A stretch of DNA of 64,000 nucleotides from Escherichia coli (GTDB taxonomy: Bacteria > Pseudomonadota > Gammaproteobacteria > Enterobacterales > Enterobacteriaceae): assembly GCF_001677475.2 (NCBI RefSeq), contig NZ_CP015229.1; one strand, 5' to 3'. The notes under the pieces were generated by a model. That model had not been told where the DNA came from, ran no database searches, and saw only the letters and a list, made by a program, of their open reading frames with translations. Below, piece after piece: positions 35,912-46,913 of the stretch (within the stretch, counting starts at the first letter, position 1; the number at the start of each line of letters is the position of its first letter). A program made the position numbers and the translations under genes.

Positions 35912-37390
35912 ATGGAAACTCAGTGGACAAGGATGACCGCCGATGAAGCGGCAGAAATTATCCAGCATAACGACATGGTGGCATTTAGCGGCTTTACCCC
36001 AGCGGGTTCGCCGAAAGCCTTACCCACCGCGATTGCCCGCAGAGCTAACGAACAGCATGAGGCCAAAAAGCCGTATCAAATTCGCCTGCTGACGGGGGCG
36101 TCAATCAGCGCCGCCGCTGACGATGTACTTTCTGACGCCGATGCTGTTTCCTGGCGTGCGCCATATCAAACATCGTCCGGTTTACGTAAAAAGATCAATC
36201 AGGGCGCGGTGAGTTTCGTTGACCTGCATTTGAGCGAAGTGGCGCAAATGGTCAATTACGGTTTCTTCGGCGACATTGATGTTGCCGTCATTGAAGCATC
36301 GGCACTGGCACCGGATGGTCGAGTCTGGTTAACCAGCGGGATCGGTAATGCGCCTACCTGGCTGCTGCGGGCGAAGAAAGTGATCATTGAACTCAATCAC
36401 TATCACGATCCGCGCGTTGCAGAACTGGCAGATATTGTGATTCCTGGCGCGCCACCGCGGCGCAATAGCGTGTCGATCTTCCATGCAATGGATCGCGTCG
36501 GTACCCGCTATGTGCAAATCGATCCGAAAAAGATTGTCGCCGTCGTGGAAACCAATTTGCCCGACGCCGGTAATATGCTGGATAAGCAAAATCCCATGTG
36601 CCAGCAGATTGCCGATAACGTGGTCACGTTCTTGTTGCAGGAAATGGCGCATGGGCGTATTCCGCCGGAATTTCTGCCGCTGCAAAGTGGCGTGGGCAAT
36701 ATAAATAATGCAGTCATGGCGCGACTAGGGGAAAACCCGGAAATTCCTCCGTTCATGATGTATTCGGAAGTGCTACAGGAATCAGTGGTGCATTTACTGG
36801 AAACGGGCAAAATCAGCGGGGCCAGCGCCTCCAGCCTGACTATCTCGGCCGATTCCCTGCGCAAGATTTACGACAATATGGATTACTTTGCCAGCCGCAT
36901 TGTGTTGCGTCCGCAGGAAATTTCCAATAACCCGGAAATCATCCGTCGTCTGGGCGTCATCGCTCTGAACGTCGGCCTGGAGTTTGATATTTACGGGCAT
37001 GCCAACTCAACACACGTAGCCGGGGTCGATCTGATGAACGGCATCGGCGGCAGCGGTGATTTTGAACGCAACGCGTATCTGTCGATCTTTATGGCCCCGT
37101 CGATTGCTAAAGAAGGCAAGATCTCAACCGTCGTGCCAATGTGCAGCCATGTTGATCACAGCGAACACAGCGTCAAAGTGATCATCACCGAACAAGGGAT
37201 CGCCGATCTGCGCGGTCTTTCCCCGCTTCAACGCGCCCGCACGATCATTGATAATTGTGCACATCCTATGTATCGGGATTATCTGCATCGCTATCTGGAA
37301 AATGCGCCTGGCGGACATATTCACCACGATCTTAGCCACGTCTTCGACTTACACCGTAATTTAATTGCAACCGGCTCGATGCTGGGTTAA
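35912..37390 (+). CDS. scpC: propionyl-CoA:succinate CoA transferase, 492 aa
   Basis: ORF 35912..37390; last gene of the scpA-argK-scpB-scpC operon. Confidence 0.9.
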   Translation: METQWTRMTADEAAEIIQHNDMVAFSGFTPAGSPKALPTAIARRANEQHEAKKPYQIRLLTGASISAAADDVLSDADAVSWRAPYQTSSGLRKKINQGAVSFVDLHLSEVAQMVNYGFFGDIDVAVIEASALAPDGRVWLTSGIGNAPTWLLRAKKVIIELNHYHDPRVAELADIVIPGAPPRRNSVSIFHAMDRVGTRYVQIDPKKIVAVVETNLPDAGNMLDKQNPMCQQIADNVVTFLLQEMAHGRIPPEFLPLQSGVGNINNAVMARLGENPEIPPFMMYSEVLQESVVHLLETGKISGASASSLTISADSLRKIYDNMDYFASRIVLRPQEISNNPEIIRRLGVIALNVGLEFDIYGHANSTHVAGVDLMNGIGGSGDFERNAYLSIFMAPSIAKEGKISTVVPMCSHVDHSEHSVKVIITEQGIADLRGLSPLQRARTIIDNCAHPMYRDYLHRYLENAPGGHIHHDLSHVFDLHRNLIATGSMLG

Positions 37391-38283
37391 TGACTCGTCC
37401 CGTCACGATCTTCAGCAATATGCTGAAGCATCGTGGCGGTATAACGATGATTTCTGATTGAATAAAGATATTCCTGCATATACATCGGCCTGTGCGGTGC
37501 ATCAAAATATTTCAGCGTTGCCGGATTCACCAGTCGCCAGGCAAAATGCGGGATCACCGTCAGAAAATGTCCGCGCTCCACGGCGCTGATTTTGGCCATA
37601 AAACTGTAGGGACGATAAATAATGGTTGGATTGATCCCACAAGGTCGCATATTCGCATCAATCATTGCTTCGAAGTTGGCCCGGTTCTGAAAGCGCATTT
37701 GCAGCCAGGGCAGCTCCTGAAGCAGCTCTTGCTCTTGACGCTCTTCATAACGGCGAGAAACGAGAAAGCCCAATCGCAGCGGCGGTAGTTCACTGATAGT
37801 CAGGTTTTCCAGTTCCTGAACTCGTGAAGATACATGCTGTGGGGAGATAATAAAATCTAACTGACGGTCAAAAAGATTATCGATAACGCCGTTTTCGCTG
37901 AACTCAACTGGCTGGGCGGTCACGCCTTCATACTTATCTCCGAGACTAATCAACTGATCGAAAATAATTGTCGGATAAGTATTATCTATGCCAATCACAA
38001 TTTCTCGTGAACGACGCCCTGAGTTATGGATTTCATTATCAATCGCAGAAAGTCGTTGATAAACCGGGAACAGTTTTTGATACAGTTCCTGTCCGGCTTT
38101 ATTGAGGCTGATATTATTATCTTTGCGGGTAAATAGCGTATAGCCAATTTGTTCTTCCAGCGCGGCAATGCTTTTACCAAATGGCGAAGCCGTCATATGG
38201 ATTTTTTCTGCCGCCCGGGCAATATTATTGGTTTGCGCTAATAAAATGAAATTGCGCATCTTTTTCGAAATAAAAATGTCCAT
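37387..38283 (-). CDS. ygfI: LysR-family transcriptional regulator, 298 aa
   Basis: ORF 37387..38283; N-terminal HTH; 3' end overlaps the scpC stop by 4 nt (convergent). Confidence 0.85.
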   Translation of the reverse strand: MDIFISKKMRNFILLAQTNNIARAAEKIHMTASPFGKSIAALEEQIGYTLFTRKDNNISLNKAGQELYQKLFPVYQRLSAIDNEIHNSGRRSREIVIGIDNTYPTIIFDQLISLGDKYEGVTAQPVEFSENGVIDNLFDRQLDFIISPQHVSSRVQELENLTISELPPLRLGFLVSRRYEERQEQELLQELPWLQMRFQNRANFEAMIDANMRPCGINPTIIYRPYSFMAKISAVERGHFLTVIPHFAWRLVNPATLKYFDAPHRPMYMQEYLYSIRNHRYTATMLQHIAEDRDGTSH

Positions 38284-38421
38284 ACCCCCTCCCCCGCATC
38301 CTTGTCCGCTTAACCGTTTCAGTCAGCCTATCCTTGATGAAACCGCGAGCAAAGATAGGTGATTACGTCATGGTTTTACAGAAAATTACAGAAAAAGGAG
38401 GCAATATCGGGTAAAGGCATT

Positions 38422-38443
38422 AGCCCGACGAATACGTCGGGCT
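38422..38443 (-). other. 9-bp-stem hairpin just downstream of yggE (possible terminator or 3' stabiliser)
   Basis: AGCCCGACG-AATA-CGTCGGGCT; no clean T-run follows on the minus strand. Confidence 0.35.
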
Positions 38444-38450
38444 ACAAATA

Positions 38451-39191
38451 TTATTGTGCTGCAGGTGTTTTAGCGGGTTGTTGATCCACAGGTTCTAACT
38501 GGAAGACCACATCGACCTGATCATCAAACTGAATAGCGGCCTGCTCGTAAGTTTCCTGGGCGGACACCGGCGCGGCATCGGCTTTCATCATCCGCACCAT
38601 TGGGCTGGGCTGATAGTTGGAAACATGGTAGCGCACGCTATATACCGGCCCCAGTTTACGATGAAAGCCGTTCGCCAGTTCCTGCGCCTGATGAATCGCG
38701 TTATCAATCGCTGCCTTACGCGCTTTGTCTTTATAGGCATCCGGCTGCGCCACGCCCAGCGACACAGAACGAATTTCGTTAAGACCCGCCTTCAGCGCGC
38801 CATCCAGCAAGGAATTCAGTTTGTCTAACTGACGGAGCGTGACTTCCACCGTTCTCACAGCACGGTAGCCTTTCAGGATACTTTTACCATCCTGATAATC
38901 ATAATCTGGCTGGGTGCGTAAGTTCGCTGAGCTGATATCTTTTTTCGCGATCTGATTGAGTTCAAGGAAGGAAATGTATTGTGCGACGCGCTCATCCGCC
39001 TGTTTCTTGGCAGTAGCGGCATCCTTCGCGGCCACGTTGACTTCAATCGCAAGAGTGGCAATGTCTGGCACCGCATCCACGCTTGCCGTACCGGAGGTGA
39101 CAATATGCGGTCCATCCGGCAATTCGTTAGCCTGCGCTGCCATCCCGCTAATACCCATTAATGCCGCCAGGGCGATAACTTTGAACTTCAC
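38451..39191 (-). CDS. yggE: periplasmic DUF541/SIMPL-like protein YggE, 246 aa
   Basis: ORF 38451..39191; N-terminal signal peptide. Confidence 0.85.
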   Translation of the reverse strand: MKFKVIALAALMGISGMAAQANELPDGPHIVTSGTASVDAVPDIATLAIEVNVAAKDAATAKKQADERVAQYISFLELNQIAKKDISSANLRTQPDYDYQDGKSILKGYRAVRTVEVTLRQLDKLNSLLDGALKAGLNEIRSVSLGVAQPDAYKDKARKAAIDNAIHQAQELANGFHRKLGPVYSVRYHVSNYQPSPMVRMMKADAAPVSAQETYEQAAIQFDDQVDVVFQLEPVDQQPAKTPAAQ

Positions 39192-39283
39192 GTTAGTCTC
39201 TCCGTGTTAATTGACTTGCCTAAAATTCAGGACCTCTGGAGGCAAGCTTAGCGCCTCTGTTTTATTTTTCCATCAGATAGCGC

Positions 39284-39919
39284 CTAACTGAACAAGGCTT
39301 GTGCATGAGCAATACCGTCTCTCGCCAGCTGCAAAGCAATAAACCACATAACACATCCCACTACCAGATTGATAATGCGCTGTGATTTTGCCGTGCGCAG
39401 GCGCGGTGCCAGCCAGGCTGCGAGAATAGCCAGACCAAAGAACCACAGGAAAGAGGCGCTAATTGTCCCGAGCGCAAACCAACGTTTTGGTTCCACATCA
39501 AGTTGCCCGCCAAGGCTGCCCAGCACAACAAAAGTATCCAGGTAAACATGCGGGTTCAGCCAGGTCACTGCCAACATGGTGGCGATAATTTTCCATCTGC
39601 CTTGCTTCAGGACTTCGGCACTGGCTAACTCAATGTTACTGCTCATTGCTGTTTTAAAAGCGCCAAAACCATACCACAGCAAGAAGGCTACGCCGCCCCA
39701 GGTGACCAGCGCCAGCAACCACGGCGACTGCATCAATAACGCGCTGCCACCAAAAATCCCCGCGCAAATCAGGACCAAATCGCTGATAGCACAAAGTAAG
39801 GCAATCATAATGTGGTACTGACGACGAATGCCCTGATTCATCACAAAAGCATTTTGTGGACCGAGCGGTAGGATCATAGCTGCGCCAAGCACAAGACCTT
39901 GAAAGTAATAAGAAAACAC
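39284..39919 (-). CDS. argO: arginine exporter ArgO (LysE family), 211 aa
   Basis: ORF 39284..39919; multi-TM LysE-type sequence. Confidence 0.9.
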   Translation of the reverse strand: MFSYYFQGLVLGAAMILPLGPQNAFVMNQGIRRQYHIMIALLCAISDLVLICAGIFGGSALLMQSPWLLALVTWGGVAFLLWYGFGAFKTAMSSNIELASAEVLKQGRWKIIATMLAVTWLNPHVYLDTFVVLGSLGGQLDVEPKRWFALGTISASFLWFFGLAILAAWLAPRLRTAKSQRIINLVVGCVMWFIALQLARDGIAHAQALFS

Positions 39920-40004
39920 GTTGTATATTCCGAATTAAGTATCTGATGCAGAGACTATATCGCGGGATTGTTATTAGCGGAAATTGATAATATTAATTGG
40001 CAAT

Positions 40005-40048
40005 CAGAAAAACTAATAAGAGAGAGGCCAGAGAGTATTATCTGGCCT
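40005..40048 (-). terminator. hairpin downstream of mscS
   Basis: Perfect 8-bp stem AGGCCAGA/TCTGGCCT; T-rich tract on the minus strand about 10 nt after the stem. Confidence 0.45.
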
Positions 40049-40057
40049 CAGCGTTGA

Positions 40058-40918
<861 letters not shown>

Positions 40919-41050
40919 TCAATATTCCTTTTCAACTGACTCAAAATGGAGAAATACACTCCGCCGCCTTATGACGGGCAGTCTGACAAGGGTAAACAAT
41001 AAAGCATAATTTTGCCAAATAGATCACAGATTTCTCATCTGTATCACCTT

Positions 41051-41250
41051 GCTTTTGGCGAAAAATCCCCGCAGAGCGGGGCTCAGACAGATATCAATGT
41101 GCGCTTTGTCATGCCGGATGCGGCGTGAACGCCTTATCCGGCCTACAAAAACCTGCAAATTCAATATATTGCAGGATACGTGTAGGCCTGATAAGCGTAG
41201 CGCATCAGGCAACTTTTCTTTTGGCGAAAAAAAGACCCGCAGAGCGGGCC
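41051..41250. repeat. REP pair (BIME/RIP-like) bracketed by a ~30-bp direct repeat containing a small hairpin
   Basis: REP unit TGCCGGATGCGGCGTGAACGCCTTATCCGGCCTAC and inverted unit TGCCTGATGCGCTACGCTTATCAGGCCTAC; flanks TTTTGGCGAAAAA..CCCGCAGAGCGGG at 41054-41083 and 41220-41250. Confidence 0.8.
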
Positions 41251-41274
41251 TTGAGATAAGCAGAAAGGAATATC

Positions 41275-42354
41275 TTACAGAACGTCGATCGCGTTCAGTT
41301 CCTGGAATGCTTTTTCCAGACGAGCGATCATCGAAGTCTGACCGGCACGCAGCCATACACGCGGATCGTAGTATTTCTTGTTCGGCTGATCTTCGCCTTT
41401 CGGGTTACCCAGCTGACCCTGCAGATAAGCTTCGTTTGCTTTGTAGTAGTTCAGAACGCCTTCCCAGGTTGCCCATTGGGTATCGGTATCGATGTTCATT
41501 TTAACTACGCCGTAGCTTACGGAGTCTTTGATTTCCTGAGCAGTAGAACCGGAACCACCGTGGAATACGAAGTTCAGGCTGTTGTGCGGCAGGTTGTGTT
41601 TCTTAGAAACATATTCCTGAGAATCACGCAGGATGGTCGGAGTCAGAACCACGTTACCCGGCTTGTAAACACCGTGTACGTTACCGAAGGACGCTGCGAT
41701 GGTGAAACGCGGGCTGATTTTGCTCAGCTCGGTATACGCATAATCAACGTCTTCCGGCTGGGTGTACAGTGCAGAAGCGTCCATGTGGCTGTTGTCCACG
41801 CCGTCTTCTTCACCACCGGTGCAACCCAGTTCGATTTCCAGAGTCATGCCGATTTTGGACATGCGCTCCAGGTATTTAGAGCAGATTTCGATGTTCTCTT
41901 GCAGAGATTCTTCAGACAGGTCGATCATGTGAGAAGAGAACAGCGGCTTGCCGGTAGCTGCGAAGTGTTTTTCACCCGCGTCCAGCAGACCGTCGATCCA
42001 CGGCAGCAGTTTCTTCGCGCAGTGGTCGGTGTGCAGGATAACCGGAACACCATAATGTTCAGCCATCTGGTGAACGTGATGCGCACCAGAGATCGCGCCC
42101 AGGATAGCAGCACCCTGCGGAACATCAGATTTCACGCCTTTACCAGCGATAAAGGAAGCACCACCGTTGGAGAACTGAACGATAACCGGCGCTTTAACTT
42201 TAGCAGCGGTTTCCAGTACGGCGTTGATGGAGTCAGTACCGACGCAGTTTACTGCTGGCAGTGCGAAGTTGTTTTCTTTTGCTACCTGGAAAACTTTCTG
42301 TACGTCATCACCAGTGATTACGCCAGGTTTTACGAAATCAAAAATCTTAGACAT
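41275..42354 (-). CDS. fbaA: fructose-bisphosphate aldolase class II, 359 aa
   Basis: ORF 41275..42438; start at MSKIFDFVKPG (ATG 42354..42352) gives the K-12 length. Confidence 0.95.
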   Translation of the reverse strand: MSKIFDFVKPGVITGDDVQKVFQVAKENNFALPAVNCVGTDSINAVLETAAKVKAPVIVQFSNGGASFIAGKGVKSDVPQGAAILGAISGAHHVHQMAEHYGVPVILHTDHCAKKLLPWIDGLLDAGEKHFAATGKPLFSSHMIDLSEESLQENIEICSKYLERMSKIGMTLEIELGCTGGEEDGVDNSHMDASALYTQPEDVDYAYTELSKISPRFTIAASFGNVHGVYKPGNVVLTPTILRDSQEYVSKKHNLPHNSLNFVFHGGSGSTAQEIKDSVSYGVVKMNIDTDTQWATWEGVLNYYKANEAYLQGQLGNPKGEDQPNKKYYDPRVWLRAGQTSMIARLEKAFQELNAIDVL

Positions 42355-42380
42355 GTCTCTTGTCCTGTATCGTCGGGCCT

Positions 42381-42507
42381 TATACTCGTCATACTTCAAG
42401 TTGCATGTGATGCGTCTGCGTTCGCTCACCCCAGTCACTTACTTATGTAAGCTCCTGGGGATTCACTCTCTTGTCGCCTTCCTGCAACTCGAATTATTTA
42501 GAGTATG
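42381..42507. repeat. ERIC/IRU element, short ~127-bp form, in the pgk-fbaA intercistronic region
   Basis: Contains both ERIC core strings (ATGTAAGCTCCTGGGGATTCAC and the reverse complement of AAGTAAGTGACTGGGGTGAGCG); inverted relative to the copy at 30323..30520. Confidence 0.85.
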
Positions 42508-42568
42508 AAAAAGTGCGTGCTTTAAAAGCGCGCTGCAACAAGGGCAGGTTTCCCTGCCCTGTGATTTT

Positions 42569-43732
42569 TTACTTCTTAGCGCGCTCTTCGAGCATCGCTA
42601 CTGCAGGCAGTACTTTACCTTCCACGAATTCGAGGAATGCGCCGCCGCCAGTGGAGATGTAGGAGATTTTGTCAGCAATGCCGAACAGGTCGATTGCTGC
42701 CAGAGTGTCGCCGCCGCCAGCGATGGAGAACGCTTCGCTGTCTGCGATAGCGTTAGCCACGATTTCAGTACCTTTGCGGAAGTTCGGGAATTCGAACACG
42801 CCAACCGGACCGTTCCACAGAATGGTTTTCGCATTCTTCAGGATTTCAGCCAGTTCCTGAGCGGAAGCATCACCGATATCCAGGATCTGCTCGTCAGCTT
42901 TCACATCGTTAACAGATTTCAGGGTAGCCGGTGCAGTTTCAGAGAACTCGGTTGCTACGCGAACATCAGACGGAACCGGGATGTTGCAGGTGGTCAGCAG
43001 ACGTTTAGCTTCGTCAACCAGGTCAGCTTCGTAAAGGGATTTACCCACATCGTGGCCTTGTGCCGCGATAAAGGTGTTAGCGATACCACCACCAACAATC
43101 AGCTGGTCAGCGATTTTAGACAAGGAGTCCAGAACGGTCAGTTTGGTAGATACTTTAGAACCACCAACGATAGCCACCATCGGGCGAGCAGGTTCTTTCA
43201 GTGCTTTACCCAGCGCGTCCAGTTCAGCTGCCAGCAGCGGGCCTGCGCACGCAACGTCAGCGAATTTACCGATACCGTGAGTAGAAGCCTGCGCGCGGTG
43301 AGCAGTACCGAATGCGTCCATTACGAACACGTCACACAGTGCAGCGTATTTTTTGGACAGGGTTTCGTCGTCTTTCTTCTCGCCTTTGTTGAAGCGAACG
43401 TTTTCCAGAACAACCAGTTCACCTTCAGCAACGTCAACGCCGTCGAGGTAATCTTTAACCAGACGAACCGGGTTAGACAGTTTGTCTTTCAGGTAGTTAA
43501 CAACCGGCAGCAGAGAGAATTCTTCGTTGTACTCGCCTTCGGTAGGACGACCCAGGTGGGAAGTTACCATCACTTTTGCGCCTTGTTTCAGGGCCAGTTC
43601 GATGGTCGGCAGAGAAGCACGGATACGCGCATCGCTGGTTACTTTCCCGTCTTTTACTGGTACGTTCAGATCCGCACGGATAAATACACGTTTCCCAGCA
43701 AGATCCAGATCGGTCATCTTAATTACAGACAT
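42569..43732 (-). CDS. pgk: phosphoglycerate kinase, 387 aa
   Basis: ORF 42569..43795; start at [11 protein letters not shown] (ATG 43732..43730). Confidence 0.95.
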
Positions 43733-43781
43733 GGTGAATCCTCTCGTTGATTCTAAAAGTTTTGCAGACGCTGCTTGCGTC

Positions 43782-44801
43782 TTACCTGAAAGCAACAGTA
43801 GCCATAGCTAACGTCGTGTCGAGCATTCGGTTAGCAAAGCCCCATTCGTTATCGCACCAGACCAACGTTTTGATCAGGTGTGCACCACTGACCCGGGTTT
43901 GGGTGCCATCGACAATGGCACTGTGCGGATCGTGGTTAAAATCTACAGAGACCAACGGCAATTCCGTATAGTCAACTATACCATGAAATGCACCTTGTGC
44001 TGCTTTTTGCAGCAACAGGTTGACTTCATTGGCTTTTACAGGTTTCTTCACCGTCACGCTTAAATCGATTGCCGTCACATTTATGGTTGGCACACGTACC
44101 GCAATCGCCTCAAAGCGATCGTTAAATTGCGGAAAAAATCGTGTGATACCGGCGGCCAGTTTAGTATCGACCGGAATGATCGACTGGCTGGCTGCCCGGG
44201 TGCGACGCAGGTCAGGATGGTATGCATCAATAACCTGTTGATCGTGCATGGCGGAGTGAATTGTGGTCACAGTGCCGGACTCAATACCGTACGCATCATC
44301 TAACAATTTGATGACGGGAATTATGCAATTCGTGGTACAGGAAGCGTTAGAAACGATGCGGTGTTCCGCACGAAGTTGATCCTGATTGACGCCGTAAACA
44401 ACGGTCGCGTCGAGATCGTTACTGCCAGGATGTGAAAAGAGCACTTTTTTAGCCCCGGCGGCAATGTGCGCTTCGCCATGCTCGCGGGAGCCATATACGC
44501 CGGTGCAGTCGAGGACTACATCAACGCCAAGTTCACGCCAGGGGAGCGATTGCAGTGAACGTTCATGCAATACGCGGATGGCGTCATCACCAACAAAAAG
44601 TTGATCGCGTTCCTGTCGTACTTCCCATGCAAAACGGCCATGGCTGGTGTCATATTTCAACAAATGCGCCATGCCCGCAGCATCCGCCAGTTCGTTGATT
44701 GCCACCACGGTAATTTCCGCCCGACGTCCGGATTCATACAAAGCACGAACCACATTACGCCCGATGCGACCGAAGCCATTTATCGCTACGCGTACGGTCA
44801 T
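43782..44801 (-). CDS. epd: D-erythrose-4-phosphate dehydrogenase, 339 aa
   Basis: ORF 43782..44885; start at [15 protein letters not shown] (ATG 44801..44799); GAPDH-family Rossmann motif. Confidence 0.9.
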
Positions 44802-45028
44802 AGATCTCCTGCAAGGTTTTCCCTGAGCAAATTTGCCAGACAGAGTAATCCAGCAAATCGTCCGGGGAAACCTTACCTGTCGCAAACTGCGACTGATTGG
44901 TTAATTGTCGAACATTTAATCGACTGAAACGCTTCAGCTAGGATAAGCGAAACGTGGAATAAAAGGAATGATTGTCCAGTCAAAGAAGACAATTATCTGA
45001 CTTACGTCACGTTTTCAGCCCCGCCCCT

Positions 45029-45044
45029 GTGGAATTTATTCCAC
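45029..45044. promoter_or_regulatory. candidate operator: inverted repeat GTGGAAT-TT-ATTCCAC, with an extra GTGGAAT half-site at 44954..44960
   Basis: Perfect 7-2-7 inverted repeat in the divergent epd / PPC-ECF operon spacer; no binding factor identified. Confidence 0.3.
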
Positions 45045-45172
45045 TTTGCAGAATCACGAATAAGCGTAGCAAAATCTTTTCGTTGTGCCGTCACAAACCC
45101 TGACTTATATCAGAATATGACTGATGCAGCGTCGATATTATCCGCAATACGTCCGAGTTTCGGAGTACTCCA

Positions 45173-45604
45173 ATGATGACATTGCCCTACCCATATTCTT
45201 CCTCCGCACGCTTTTACTCGCTGCGCCTGCTCCCCGGGCAGGAAGTTCTCTCCCAATTGCGCGCCTTCACGCAGCAACAACAACTCCACGCCGCGTGGAT
45301 TGCAGGTTGTACCGGCAGTCTGACTGACGTCGCCTTACGCTATGCCGGACAAGAAAACACGGCCCTACTAAGCGGTAAGTTCGAAGTCATCGCATTGAAC
45401 GGCACGCTGGAACAGAGTGGTGAACATCTTCATCTCTGCGTTTCCGATCCACACGGCACGATGCTTGGCGGTCATATGATGCCCGGCTGTACCGTGCGGA
45501 CCACGCTTGAACTGGTGATCGGCTGCCTTGAGGAACTGGCGTTTAGCCGCCAGTCTTGCGCGCTTTCTGGTTACGACGAGTTGCATATTTCCCCCGTTAA
45601 ATAA
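45173..45604 (+). CDS. PPC/DUF296-like domain protein, 143 aa (first gene of the island operon)
   Basis: ORF 45173..45604; GGAG 9 nt upstream; domain assigned from memory of the family (AAWIxGCxGSL, HLHLCVSDPHG, GGH..PGCTV). Confidence 0.7.
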   Translation: MMTLPYPYSSSARFYSLRLLPGQEVLSQLRAFTQQQQLHAAWIAGCTGSLTDVALRYAGQENTALLSGKFEVIALNGTLEQSGEHLHLCVSDPHGTMLGGHMMPGCTVRTTLELVIGCLEELAFSRQSCALSGYDELHISPVK

Positions 45605-45626
45605 CTACTTTCAGAGAGGTTTTCTT

Positions 45627-46205
45627 ATGGCGCGTCGCCACTTTTCCAGTCAGGCGTTGGTGTTGATCGTTATATCTATCGCCATCAATATGATCGGCGG
45701 GCAACTGGCCAGCATGGTCAAATTACCTATATTTCTCGACTCCATCGGCACACTTATTAGCGCGGTACTGCTTGGTCCGGTGATCGGGATGCTGACCGGC
45801 TTACTGACCAATTTACTCTGGGGATTGCTAACCGACCCGATCGCCGCCGCATTTGCGCCCGTCGCGATGGTCATCGGCCTGGTCGCCGGTTGGCTGGCGC
45901 GAGCGGGTTGGTTCCGCACCCTGCCAAAAGTTGTTGTCAGCGGCGTGATTATTACGCTTGTGGTAACGGTCGTCGCTGTACCGCTGCGTACTGCGCTGTT
46001 CGGCGGTGTCACCGGTAGCGGAGCCGATTTGTTCGTTGCCTGGATGCACTCAATGGGGCAAAACCTGGTGGAGTCGGTGGCGATTACGGTGATAGGCGCG
46101 AACCTGGTCGATAAAGTTCTCACAGCGGTGATTGTCTGGCTTTTACTGCGTCAGCTGCCGATTCGCACCACGCGCCATTTTCCGGCAATGGCAGCCGTGC
46201 GCTAA
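45627..46205 (+). CDS. ECF-transporter substrate-specific (S) component-like membrane protein, 192 aa
   Basis: 3' part of ORF 45528..46205; start at MARRHFSSQ (ATG 45627) with GAGAGG upstream; about 6 hydrophobic helices. Confidence 0.65.
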   Translation: MARRHFSSQALVLIVISIAINMIGGQLASMVKLPIFLDSIGTLISAVLLGPVIGMLTGLLTNLLWGLLTDPIAAAFAPVAMVIGLVAGWLARAGWFRTLPKVVVSGVIITLVVTVVAVPLRTALFGGVTGSGADLFVAWMHSMGQNLVESVAITVIGANLVDKVLTAVIVWLLLRQLPIRTTRHFPAMAAVR

Positions 46206-46913
46206 ATGCATCCGTTTACCTCATTAACGCTGTGGGCGCTGGCAGCCTGCACCACGCTAATCCTGCCCGCGCAGACCATTTTGCCGGTCTATAGCGCGGC
46301 GACCTTTCTCTGCCTTATTGCGTTAAAGTCCACGCGGCGGCGAGCAAAATATGTCGTCTGGCTGATGTTCTCGCTGGGGGCTGGACTGTGGCTGGTACAC
46401 GGTGGCTGGCTGACAGAATGGCTAAGCGGCACGCCACGCTCGCCAGAACGGTGGGCGCATGCTATTACGCTCTGGTTGCGGATTCTGGCGATTGTTTCAA
46501 CCTCGCAGTTGTGGATGCAATTCGTCCCCGTGCAACGTTTTATCCGCGCTTTGTTTGCTTCTCGCCTGCCGCCAGGCGTCGCTTATCTGTTTGCCGGGCC
46601 GTTATTGGTCGTTGAGCAGTTAAAACGGCAATTAGCGATTATTCATGAAGCGCAGCGTGCCCGCGGCGTGCCTCTGGATGAGGGCTGGTATCAACGTTTA
46701 CATGCGATGCCCGCGTTAATTATTCCGCTAACACACAATGCGCTAAACGATCTTGCTGTCCGTGGTGCGGCGCTGGATATGCGGGCATTTCGGATCCACA
46801 GCCGACGAACAACGTTGTGGGCACCAGCCGATAGCCCCCTACAACGCGTAGCGCGTTACACCATGATCTTGCTGATGCTGGCAGAATTCGGAGCGTGGAT
46901 ATGGTTACGTTAG
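46206..46913 (+). CDS. ECF-transporter transmembrane (T) component, CbiQ/EcfT family, 235 aa
   Basis: ORF 46206..46913; start abuts the previous stop (TAAATG); C-terminal coupling-helix motifs QRARG and AVRGAA. Confidence 0.75.
   Translation: MHPFTSLTLWALAACTTLILPAQTILPVYSAATFLCLIALKSTRRRAKYVVWLMFSLGAGLWLVHGGWLTEWLSGTPRSPERWAHAITLWLRILAIVSTSQLWMQFVPVQRFIRALFASRLPPGVAYLFAGPLLVVEQLKRQLAIIHEAQRARGVPLDEGWYQRLHAMPALIIPLTHNALNDLAVRGAALDMRAFRIHSRRTTLWAPADSPLQRVARYTMILLMLAEFGAWIWLR

Noticed and set aside
41476-42450. 324-aa plus-strand ORF
   Set aside because: Antisense to fbaA; same reasoning. The 232-aa ORF at 43052..43750 antisense to pgk was rejected likewise.
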